The translations under genes and the position numbers were made by a program. The notes under the pieces are model-generated. The model worked only from the letters and a program-made list of their open reading frames with translations, did not search any database and was not told where the DNA came from. Source: Octopus vulgaris (lineage: Eukaryota). Taken from it: DNA of 64,000 bases. This document shows, piece by piece, positions 1 through 11,600 of the stretch. Position 1 is the stretch's first letter; each line of letters begins with the position of its first letter. The stretch lies in the NCBI GenBank assembly GCA_951406725.2, contig OX597815.1, forward strand, positions 129,642,001 through 129,706,000, written 5' to 3'.

Positions 1-1058
1 CACCAAACCAGATTGTTGTTTTCACAGAAGATTGCCTAGGAACATCACCACCCATGTAATAGTTTCAAATTTTGGCACAAGGCTAGCAAATTTGGGGGAA
101 AGGGGCAAGTTGATTACATCAAGCCTAGTTCTTGATTGTTACTTAATTTATCGACATCAAAAGGATGAAAGGCAAAGTTGACGCTTGTGGAATTTGCACT
201 CAGAGTGTAAAGATGGACAAAACGTTGCTAAGCATATTGCCCAGCATGTTAACAGTTCTGCCAGCTCACTGCCTTCACCAGTCATGTAATGGTGATGAGT
301 ATTTATACTTAGCATGAAATGTTAAGTCAAGAAGACACATAACACATCATGTACATACATTCTCTCTCTCTCTCTCTCCCTCTCCCTCCCAGTGTGAGTG
401 TGTGTGGAGGGTGGTAGGCTTCTTTTCAGATTCTTATTTCTTTACTGCCCTCAAGGGGCTACACACAGAGGGGACAAACAAGGACAGACAAATGGATTAA
501 GTTGATTACATCAACCCCAGTACATAACTGGTACTTATTTAATTGACCCCGAAAGGATGAAAGACAAAGTCAACCTCGGCGGAATTTGAACTCAGAATGT
601 AGCAGCTGACAAAATACCACTAAGCATTTCACCCAGCCTGCTAATGTTTCTGCCAGCTACCGTATGCACTCACAGGCCTTTAGTTGGCCCAGCGCTACAG
701 AGGACATTTGCCTAATGTTGCATACACACACACACAATGTATATATATGCATATACATACAGTGATATATATATATATATATTTGTTTGAATGTCAATTT
801 CTCCAATGTATGCAATTGACAAGTCTGTAATATGATGAATTGTCATCAGTCTTGATCCAAGGAATCCCAACGTCCACGGATTAGCCTTCACTATATCTTA
901 CCTTATCCTTTTCCATGAGCTCCTTTCATTGTCAGTGACTCACCACTTTTTTTCTCATTTGGTATTCATAGCCTCTTAACACAAGTCTATAACCACTAGA
1001 GTTGTTTTCCCTGCATACACTACTCAATACCTTTACTATGTATGTTGTGTATGGAATA

Positions 1059-1757
1059 GGGACAGCTGCATGAAAAAGTGTCACACCTTTGCAGTAGAGG
1101 GAACCTGTGGAAGAGGTAGACCCAGGAAGACCTCGGATGAGGGAGTAAAGCATGACTTTCAAACATTGGGCCTCAAAGAGGCGATGACAAGTGACTGAAA
1201 CTCTGGAGATATGCTGTGCTTGAGAAGACCCCGCAAGCCAAGTGAGACCATAACCATGGCCTATGCTAGTGCAGCATAACTGGCCCATTTAAGAGAACCC
1301 TTCAATCATTGGGCAATAAACTGTGCTTGCGAAGACCTGTTGAGTCAAGTGAAGTCATTGTTGTAGCCGATGCCAGTACCACCTGACTAACACCTGTGCC
1401 AGTGACAGGTAAAAAGCACCATTTAAGTGTGGTCGATGCCAGTGCCACCGGATTGGTTCCGTGCTAGTGACATGTAAAAAGCACCATCCAAGCGTGGCCG
1501 CTGCCAGTGCTACTCAACTGGCTACCATGCTGGTGACACATAAAAAGCACCATTCAAGTGAGGTTGATGCCCGTACCACCTGACTGGCCCCCATGCCAGT
1601 GGCATGTAAAAAGCACCCACTACACTCTCAGAGTGGTTGGCAGTGGGAAGGGCATCCAGCTGTAGAAACACCCTTCTGGTTTGCCAGTCCTCAGTCAAAC
1701 CATCCAACTCATGCCAGCATGGAAAGCAGATATTAAACGATGATGATGATGATGATC
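1059..1757 (+). mobile_element. RTE-clade LINE 3' fragment with internal ~60-bp tandem repeats
   Basis: Starts with sequence translating as MKKCHT..EGTCGRGRPRKT; about four repeats containing AAAAAGCACCA; ends CATGCCAGCATGGAAAGCAGA..(GAT)n. Confidence 0.8.
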
Positions 1758-2544
1758 TATCAGCTTCTCATACAAGTTAGTATCCACTGAATCATGCTTG
1801 ACTCATTTCTCTCCATCCTTCATAGATTTTCTTTATTTAAAGTCCATGGCTCCATATCACAAGTTTTACTTATGCTTCATACAGAACAACTTTTCCCCCA
1901 CAGGGAAAGCTTTTACTGTCAACATCAATAAAAAACTTAACAGCTACATCTAATGAGACAGCTGTCTGAGATTTCATTTCAACAGTGATTATAATGCTAG
2001 CTACTCCTCTGATATATCTAAACTCTTACTTTTCTGTCAGTTTGCCAGAAATCTCATTTGTTTATTCATTGTTTATTTGTGAATAGATAGAGTCAAGTTC
2101 CACCTTCCTTCCTACATACTGAACAAAACCACTTCCTCAATGATACTAGGACTTCTGATCTAAATTAGCATGTTGACCTTTGTAATGTTAATACTTGGAC
2201 TACAGACCATTTCCCCAGATTTAGAACTCTTTCTGTAATGGCAACCAAGCTACTAGCCTAGAAAAGTTTCCTCAAACAATCCTCAATTCCCATGGTCCTC
2301 AACCTCCTTCCAATAATCATCATAACCATTGTCATCATCATTGTTTTCATGTATTTTTTTTTCATGCTTGCATAGATGGTCAGATGAAATTTGTCAAGGC
2401 AGATTGTCTATGGTCAGGTGCTCTCCTGTTAATAACTCTCACCAGTTTCCAGTCAAGGTAATATTTCTCAGTCCTTCAAACATGAACAGCGCATTAGCCA
2501 GGAAGGTTTTCATTGAAGATTGCAAATAAACAACACTGTTTGTA

Positions 2545-3570
2545 TCGTCGTCGTCATCATCATCATCGTTTAACATCAGTTTTCTATGCTAGCAAGGGTT
2601 GGACGGTTCAACTGGGGTCTGGGAAGCCAGGAGACTGCACCAGGATCCAGTCTGATCTAGCAGTGTTTCTACAGCTGGAAGCCCTTCCTAACGCCAACCA
2701 CTCCATGGGTGTAGTGGGTGCTTTTTATGTGCCACCGGCACAGGGGCCAGAGGAGGCTGGCAACGGTCATGATTGGTTGGTGCTTTTTACGTGCCACCAG
2801 CCACGTTCGGACGGTGCTTTTTACATGCCACTGGCATGGGTATCACAACTACAATTTCCATTTGATTTTCATTTTGATGTTGATGTACTTGACCCAATAG
2901 GTCTCTTCAAGCACAGCAGGTCGCCCTACAATCCAAGGTACTTTTGAATGTGCTGGGGCTGGTTATGCAAAACTGGTGTATGATACAGCTGTGAACTCAC
3001 TTTATTTGCTGGGTCTTTGCAGTCACAGCATATCTCCAGGTCTCCGTCTTTTGTTATTGCCTCTGTGAGGCCCAATGTTTGGTCATGCTTGATTACCTCA
3101 TCCCATGTCTTCCTGAGTCTACCTCCACTACGGATTCCTTCAACTGTTTCAGAGTGGCACTTCTTAACACATCTCTTCTCATCCATCAATAGTACATGAC
3201 CATACCAGGGCAAACGGCTCTCTTGCATGCCACATCCTATGCTTCTTATGTCCAACATTTCTCTCAGGGCGCTTACACTCTGTTGTGTGTGCACACTGAC
3301 ATTACACATCCAGCAGATTATGCTAGCTTAATTTCTTTTGAGCCTACGCATGTACTCCACAGTCGTGGCCCATGTTTCACTACCGTGAAGCATGGCAGTT
3401 TGCATGCATGCATCGTACAATCTACCTTTCATTCTGAGCGAGAGGCCTTTTGTCACCAGTAGGGGTAGACGCATCCACCCCCACTACTAACTTGGTCAAC
3501 TAGGTAGCAGAAGCTCTCAACAACTTCTAGTTTCTTCCCCTTGAGTGTGATGGAATCTGTTTTCTGAGCA
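2545..3570 (-). mobile_element. RTE-clade LINE 3' fragment with (GAT)n tail
   Basis: ORF 2926..3309 has RLPWYGHVLLMDE..GRLRKTWDEVIKHD, typical of the RTE ORF C-terminus; its 3' UTR is shared with many short copies in the window. Confidence 0.85.
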
Positions 3571-4677
3571 TCTGTGGTGTTTGGATATCCCCATCCTCCA
3601 GTGGCCACTGTTAGTGACATGTAACTTGCCTTATGGAGGCAATGTGGCCGATGCTGGTGTCACGTAACCAGCACCCATGCTGGTGGCACGTAGAAAGCAC
3701 TTTTTGAGCACTGGGCCTCACAGAGGTAATGACAAATGGCTGAGACCTTTGGCAATATGCTGTGCTTGAGAAGGTAGACACATGAAGCCAAGTGAAATCG
3801 TGGTTGTGGCAGATACTGGTGTCATGCAAATGGCACCTGTGCCAGTGGCATGCAAAAGCAGCTATTATACTCTTGGAGTAATTGGCTTTAGGAAGGGCAT
3901 CCAACCATGCCAAACCAGACTGGAGCCTGGTGTAGCCTTCCAGCTTGTCAGCCCTGGTCAAATTGTCCAACCCATGCCAGCATGGACAATGGATGCTAAA
4001 TGATGATGATGATGATGTAATTCTCAAAGTAGAACTGACAAGAAATTCAGAAATTTGAACCTTTTACCACTCAGTTCTCCCCTCAGTTACACAGTCTATA
4101 ATTGTATTCTATTGCTGAGCCATCATTTTGCTTTTAAATGTAGAGCCCTTCCATCAGTCAATGTTGACCATGCACATGAATGTGCAGGCTTGAGCAAGAC
4201 TTTCCAGTACAATTAGTCATTGTCCACACATGCAAGTCTCAAGAAAAGCCTAATGACTTGGACTGGTACAGGTTGACACCAATCTCATTCCAGACATGGC
4301 TGTTGGAATACAAGGATCCAGAATAGATACCAAAAGGCACCATTCCTGATTTTCTAACAGTTCCATTGCCTTGGACTGGTAGTTTTTCCTTTTTCTTCTT
4401 TCCAACTTCAAAAGAAGGGAAAAACAAAGCTGATTTCAGTAGGATTTGAACTCAGAGTGAAAAGGTTCATATCAAATATGACGTATTCTATTCAACACTA
4501 ACAGTTCTGCCAATTTTCCACCTTTGTTTATAAATACAGATTATCAATGTAAACATGAAGATAAAACATGTTTGACTGTCTCAAAGAAGTGAGGGAAAAC
4601 ATTTGTAGAACTATTCATGATTACTTCCATTGTGAGAAAAAAATGAAAAAAAAAGATACCAATCAAATGAAGTTTAA

Positions 4678-4896
4678 CCCTTTAGTGTTCAGATTATTCA
4701 ATCAAACATAATGCCTATTGATTCCCATTGATTTGAATTAATCATGCATTATCTCATATCTTCAAGATCTTGATGGTGTAATTACTTAATGTAGAATAAC
4801 ATTGTAGGGTAGGTGTGAGAGCCTGGATCTGGTCAGTTTGAACATAAAACAGATTAGTTATTTTGGCCGGATATGGCCGGTTTAAATACTAAAGGG
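4678..4896. mobile_element. piggyBac-type MITE (TTAA TSD); related copies near 33220-33435, 35335-35545, 42698-43280 (interrupted) and 60104-60325
   Basis: TTAA|CCCTTTAGT...ACTAAAGGG|TTAA; shared interior GAATTAATCATGCATTATC..GTAGGTGTGAGAGGCTG. Confidence 0.85.
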
Positions 4897-5518
4897 TTAA
4901 AAGAAGAAACTTTTGATTGAACTGAGGTTTTAAAACCCCAGATTTGAGTAGATGGTAAATGCTAAAAGGTAACAAATCTTTGTAAAAATAAGACTACTTT
5001 CAAAAAATTGCTTTATAGAGTTTTCCGTACACTTTTCACATTAGCAGTAAGGAAAATTAATTTAGGGATGAAATAAGCTTATTTTTTGCTATCAACCAAC
5101 CTGAGACTGTCCCTAGTTCTATGATACAAACCCTGGGTTTTAAAAGTGATCTAAATGAAAACCTGCCACCAAAATTCCAGGCTCCTTTATTATGTTTCAA
5201 ACACCTTAATTCTGGCAGTTATTTTACTAAATTCTTTATTATTTTGAAAATTAACTGAAATGACAGCAGTTTATTTCAACATAACTATAGTAACAAAAAG
5301 ATTAATCATATCAGAGAAGTTATACATGAAATTGAAGAGGGCAAAATCAAAGTTTACTCAGAAGCAGAGAGATTTACAAAGAGAAATATGGTTAACTTGA
5401 TAGAAAGATAGAGTAACAGAGAGATGGAGAGAGAGAGAGAAGAGTGGGAGAAAGACAGTAAAAGACAGAACATGCAGTGTGTGAGAGAGAAAGGCTAATG
5501 CATAACAACTCCCTTTAC

Positions 5519-5612
5519 CTGCATGACATTTTCAAAGAATGATTTTACTTCAGGCACATTAATGAACAACAAGAAATTCAATAGATATAGCACCAATGAT
5601 ACACTGAGGTCA
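5519..5612 (-). CDS. CIP2A: CIP2A coding exon 12 (DLSVSLVLYLL...ENVMQ)
   Basis: CCACAG| acceptor, CAG|GTAAAG donor, 94 nt, phase 2 to 0. Confidence 0.85.
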
Positions 5613-8600
5613 CTGTGGAATAGAATAAAAAAAAAAAACAAGTATTTATATAAAATGTATAAATTGCGAAATTAAACATCCACACCCACATATGTGTAAA
5701 TGATGACATTAAATTCTAAACGAGATGGAAAAACAATCTATTAAACGTACAAGAGGAGTTGACAGATGGAAGAAGCAAATTTATTTGATGAACTCACCCC
5801 CAGTTCTGACTTTTGGCATCTTTTCTGGTGTGATTCATAGAGAAGTTGGTGTTGTTGTTGAAGTGAAACTCTAACAGCTGGCGGAAATCTTCAACTCGCA
5901 AATAGGATAACATTTTTTCAACAAACATGCTTTCTTGGCAGATATGTTGAACCTGTTAAGGCTGGTTGGAACAACTTTGGATTCAAAAACAACATGCATT
6001 ACAAATGCATATACATTTTAATGACAAATAAACAGATTTCATGAATACATAGTGAGTGAGAATTTCGGTGAAGAATATTTTATTGGTAACTTAGATAAAC
6101 ATGTGGAAATAACAGAGTAGCAGAATAGGGAAGCTGATCAAGAACTGAAACATTGTTATAACCAGTCTGGTGGTGGTCAGTTTGTGGGGTTGCTAGAGAA
6201 TTGGATAAAATGCATTACAATATTTGTTGTGTTCTGAGATCAAATCCTGTTATAGTCAATTATGCTTTTTATCATTTCAGAGTCGATACAGAAAGTACCT
6301 GCTCAGTTCTGGCACAACCATTTCTCCAGTCAGCCATCGCATCTTGGTCATTCTGCTAGTTCAAGAGTGTAAGGGCTGTGAAAGATGTTATGTCTGTTGT
6401 CATCGTCATCATCATCATTTAACATCTGATTTCCATGCTGGCAAACTGGAGAACTATGCCAAGATTTATTGTCTGTTTTGACATGGTTTCCATGGCTGGA
6501 TGCCCTTCCTAGTGCCAACTACATTACAAAGTGTACTGGGTGCATTTTTTGTGACACTAGTACTGGTGGGGTCACCAAGTACATTGTGAGACAGAACAAA
6601 GTCCCTTTGATTGGTGTTGGGGAGTACTGAAAGCATGGTGTGCACTACCAAGCCATCCTCGATTCCAAGTGATGGCTCTAGTGTTTGTTAGCTTAGCTTA
6701 CACAATTCATGCATGACAAAATACACCAGTCCATCTCATAACTTTCTTCTATGATCTGATATCTCTACTAGATCTTGGTGAACAGAAACCTGCAGAATTA
6801 ATGTTTACTATCCAAATACACAATAAAATACCTGTAGTGTGTCTGAACTCAAAACCCTTTCTACTGGCTTGTGTTAGTGCTTCAAATGAAATTGTTATGG
6901 TGTGAAGCACAGCCAGTGAAACCTCATCACAACACTTCTACTTCGTGATACTGTATCTATCCAGTACAACATTTTTGCTTGCATCTTATTTGTTCATGTA
7001 TTGATATCTGTATTTTTTATGTTCACATGGGTTAGATACATTACTTAGGCACTGTTTTACAGTCAGACTTCCATCCACTTGATAATCCCTAATTGGTTTC
7101 AAAGGATTTTTTATTCTATTTGTCTTTGAAAGTGCAGAACTACAGGATCATCTTGTTACGGAATGTAAACAAACATTGCTGATTTTAACTTAATGCTTTT
7201 GTGTGGAGCAAGAAATGTAAGCATTCCCATAGACACACACACACACACATACATACAAACGAGTTTAATTACATTTGTGTGTCTCCAAAAATCACTCTGG
7301 TATGTGTAGTAACATTGCTGTCTTTTCCCATATCAATGAGCCATCTGTTGGCTTTGCATCTTCAAAGGCATGTAGAATAAGATATTCCTTACTTGAAAAA
7401 CAGATAGGGGGTTAGTGACAGCAAGAGCATTCAACTGTAAAACAATGCCTCAATAATATATTCATTTAAGCACAGAAAAAACAAATGTAAAAGCAAACAA
7501 AACAATATATACACACCAGGCTTCTATATAGTTTCCAGCTATAAATACCACTCAAAGCATTGCTCATCCCAAGGCTACTGTAGAAGACACTTGTCCAAGG
7601 AGGCATGCAATGAGATGGAACTCAAAACCAAATGGTAAAAAAGTAAAATGTGTATCCACACAGCCATGCCTGGTGAGTTGGACAAAAACAGATTTGTCAG
7701 ATTGACATGTTTGGCTGATTAAATCAATCCCAGTTTAATATTAGTGACATCAGTTTTATTGATCATTGTTGACACAATTACATGATGAACTGAGTTGCTG
7801 ACAGACGTCAGTTGTACCTGTACAGAGTAGTTCTCTAGTTAAATACCATTATCACTAAAATGTCTTTGTTGAGGAATAATATACAATACCAGTGACAAAC
7901 TCAAACAATCTTATTGTCTATGGATTATTTTCAAAAAATGTTTTTCCCCATTTAGTCAGAAGGGAATGAGGGATGAAAGTACTAGCAAACCAGATGTCTG
8001 GCCCAAATGCTTGCATTGAAGTGGATTCCACTATAAAAAGAAAAAAACCCCACAGGACTAGGTAGTGGCGGTAAACTTAGCAACAATTTAAGTCTACCAT
8101 CCAAGTAAGCTTTGGTGGCCCATCGGATACTCTAAAGATTGCTTTAGTCCACTGATCGAGACTGGTACTTTATCACACCTGACCAATATCTTGTGAGTGA
8201 ATTTGATAGACAAAACATATAGAAGCCTTTTCTCTCTCTCTCTGGTAGTTGTGGTGATTTGCTGTACTTGAAAAGACGTACATTATTTACATTATTTAAA
8301 TTGAATGGATATTTGTTCTCATCTTGTTTCTTGTTACCACAATGTTTCGGCTGATTTACTCTCCAACCTTCATCAGGTGTCCTTGTGGAATTTTGAACCC
8401 AAATCTGGGTTCTCATTCCTAAGATATTTTTTTGCTGATATTATTATTTATTCAAGGGTTGGGTTCAAAATTCTACCAGGACACCTGAAGAAGGCTGGAG
8501 AGTAAATCGGCCGAAATGTTGTGGTAACAACAAACAAGATGAGGACGCATCTCCGTCCAATTCAAATAACGTAAATAATGTACAAAATTCCTCATCTCTA

Positions 8601-11600
8601 AAATATAGAACAGCTGAAAAGACATGTCAAGCAAAGTAAAATTACTGTTCTCCACACATAAAGGCTTCTTTTAGGTGCTGGTGCTACATAGAATGCACCC
8701 ATCCGGAGCTGCATAAGTGCACCCATTCTGGTGGCACATAAAAAGTACCCAGTACACTCTGTAAAATGGTTGGCATTAGGAAGGGCATCCAGCTGTAGAA
8801 ACCATATCACAACAGACAATTGAAGTCTGGCCAGCTCCATTTTCAGACCATCCAACCCATGCAAACATGGAAAACAGACATTGAATGATGATGATGATAT
8901 ATGTATGTGGGTGGGTGTGTGCGTCTCCAAACATTGCCTGATAACCTATGTTTATGTTCCCATAACTGAGCAGTTCAGCAAAATGGACTGATAAAATAAG
9001 GGTCAAACTTAAGATAAAGAATAACCCAAAGGAATTTAAGAAATTCCTTACTAGCAATATAGCACATGGAATCCAAAGACCTAGTCTTCAGCTATCTCAC
9101 AGTGCTTAATAATAATAATGTTTTCAAATTTTGGTACAAGACCAGCAATTTTAGGTGGTTTGTTGATTACATTTACCCCCATGACTTAACTGGTACTTTA
9201 TTTTATCAGCTTTGGAAGCATGACATGCAAACTTGATTTGGCAGGATTTGAACTTACAATATAAAGAGTAGAAATGCCTCAAAACATTTTGTCTGATGTG
9301 CTAATGATTCTGCCACCTTGTTGCCTTAACAACAACAACAACAACAACGACGATTTCAAATTTTGGCACAAGGCCAGCAATTTCAGGAGTCGATTAAACT
9401 GACTGCAGTGCTCAACTGAGGCTTATTTTATTGACTTCAAAAGGAAGAAAGGCAAAGTCAACCTCAACAGAATTTGAACTCGGATGAGTTTCTTTCAGTT
9501 TCTATCTACCAAATCCACTCACAAGGCTTTGAAACTAAAGAATGAAATACATTTATTTATTTATTTATCAGTGTTGATAAATAAAGTACCAGCCTTGTAC
9601 TAGGGTCAGTTCTATGCTCTCATTCTCTCTGGGAGGAATTGGCTTTGTTTAAATCCAGGGAAGGATCAGCTATGCCAGCTTTAAAATGTTCAGGATACAC
9701 TGCATGTTACACCAGTACTCCTATGACTCCACCAAGAGTTGAGAACCCAAAAAAGGTAGGAATAATAATAATAATCCTTTCTACTATAGGCACAAAGCCT
9801 GGAATTTGTGGGGAGGTGGGATAGTCGATGACATTGACCCTGAAAGTATGAAAGATAAAGTCGACATCGGTGGAATTTGAACCCAGAACCTAAAGATGGA
9901 CTAAATTCCACATTTTGCCTGGCATGCTAACGATTCTGCCAGTTCACAGCCTTAGGAATAATAATTTCTAACAATAGGTACAAAGCTATACATTTTGTGA
10001 GAGATGATGATGATAACGACAAATTGATAGTTAATTGCACTCACCCAGATACATGGACTGGTATTTGTTTTATCAGATTCAGAAGGATGAAAAAAATAAG
10101 TTGAGCTTTACCATAATATGAACTTAGGGAAAACAAAGAGACACAAACAAATAGAGCAAGTCAGTCTGTGTGTCACTGTATTGATTCTACCATAACAGTA
10201 AGGATTTCTCCTTTTATCAGAGGGCTACAAGTTTGTGTGGGGAGAGGCAGGTAGATATACCCAATTGAATTGATTCCAGTTTATAACTGTATAAATTTTA
10301 GCAACTTTAGATGGATGTCTAGCAGGGTAACAATCAAAGAATTTGAACTCAGAACATAGAGTCATCATCATTTAACATTCACTTTTCCATATTTGTATAG
10401 GTTGGACAGAATTTATTGAAGCAGATTTTCTACAGCTGGATGCCCAGCCGTTTCCATGCAAGGTAAAATTTCCATATGGACAGCTATGTTTTTGCAGAAT
10501 ATTGGAAATGAATAATTGCTGGAATGACAGTGGCCCTCATTTATAACTATAATATGATATCAAGACACAAACATACAAACACACTTAGATATACATATAC
10601 ATTTACGATGAGTTTCTTTCAGTTTCTATCTGCCAAATCCACTCACAAGGCTTTGAAACTAAAGACTGAAACACATTTATTTTGCTCTATTATTTTTACC
10701 AATGACTTTACTAAAACGAAAACACAATGAACTATTGGTAATCAGCTGCAAGATAGAGTGATATCATGTGATGTCAAAATGATAAAGTATACATACACAC
10801 ATACACAAGCATCATTCAGTTTCTGTCTACAAAATCCACTCACAAGGCCCTGGTTGACCTAGGGCTACAGTGGGAATGAACTGAAAACATGTAGTGAGTA
10901 AGCAAACTTTTTAATCATGCTTGTGCCTTAAAATATATTCTTTTCTACTCTAGGCACAAGGCCTGAAATTTTTGGGGATGGAGGCCAGTTGATTAAATTG
11001 ACCCCAGTACACAACTGGTACTTATTTTATTGACCCCGAAAGGATGAAAGCAAAGTCAACCTCGGTGAAATTTGAACTCAGAATGTAAAGACAGACAAAA
11101 TATCGCTAAGCATTTTGCCCAGCGTGCTGACGTTTCTGCCAGCTCAGCGCCTAAAGACATTTTAAATTTATTATAATCATCACCATTTCAGTCTAAACCA
11201 TGCTGGTATGGAAAAATGGACATAAAAACGAAGTAAAAGTGATAAAGTGTATTTAACATGTCTATTTTTGCTTTAAAATAGATACATATGTTGTAAGATA
11301 TGAGTACAACATTGATGACAAGAAGGATATCCAGTTGTAAAATACTGTCCCAGAAACCCCATCTAACATGGAAAAGATGCACATAAATGATGATGATGAA
11401 TACAGTGGAAATGTGGTGAGCTGGCAGAAACGTTAGCGTGCCGGGCGAAATGCTTAGCGGTATTTCGTCTGGCGCAACGTTGTGAGTTCAAATTCCGCTG
11501 AGGTCGACTTTGCCTTTCATCCTTTCGGGGTCGATAAATTAAGTACCAGTTACGCACTGGAGTCGATGTAATCGACTTAATACTTATGTCTGTCCTTGTT

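Larger units (their letters stand above)
8278..8583. mobile_element. Penelope-like element remnant: ~123-bp inverted repeat, each arm with a hammerhead motif
   Basis: Arms 8278-8400 and 8461-8583 are approximate reverse complements; each contains GGACAC-CTGAWGA-stem-GAAA. Confidence 0.7.

Noticed and set aside
1371-1620. Regularly spaced repeats resembling a CRISPR array
   Set aside because: Eukaryotic context, the whole unit repeats with no unique spacers, no cas genes; it is a LINE-borne minisatellite.
1-5518. Search for CIP2A exon 13 (expected DPRL..LAFALTS-like peptide)
   Set aside because: No matching exon found; the region is SINE/LINE debris, so the gene is taken to continue beyond the window.
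11412-11500. tRNA-like A/B box sequences here and in other SINE heads
   Set aside because: No complete cloverleaf; each is fused to a SINE body, so none is called a tRNA gene.
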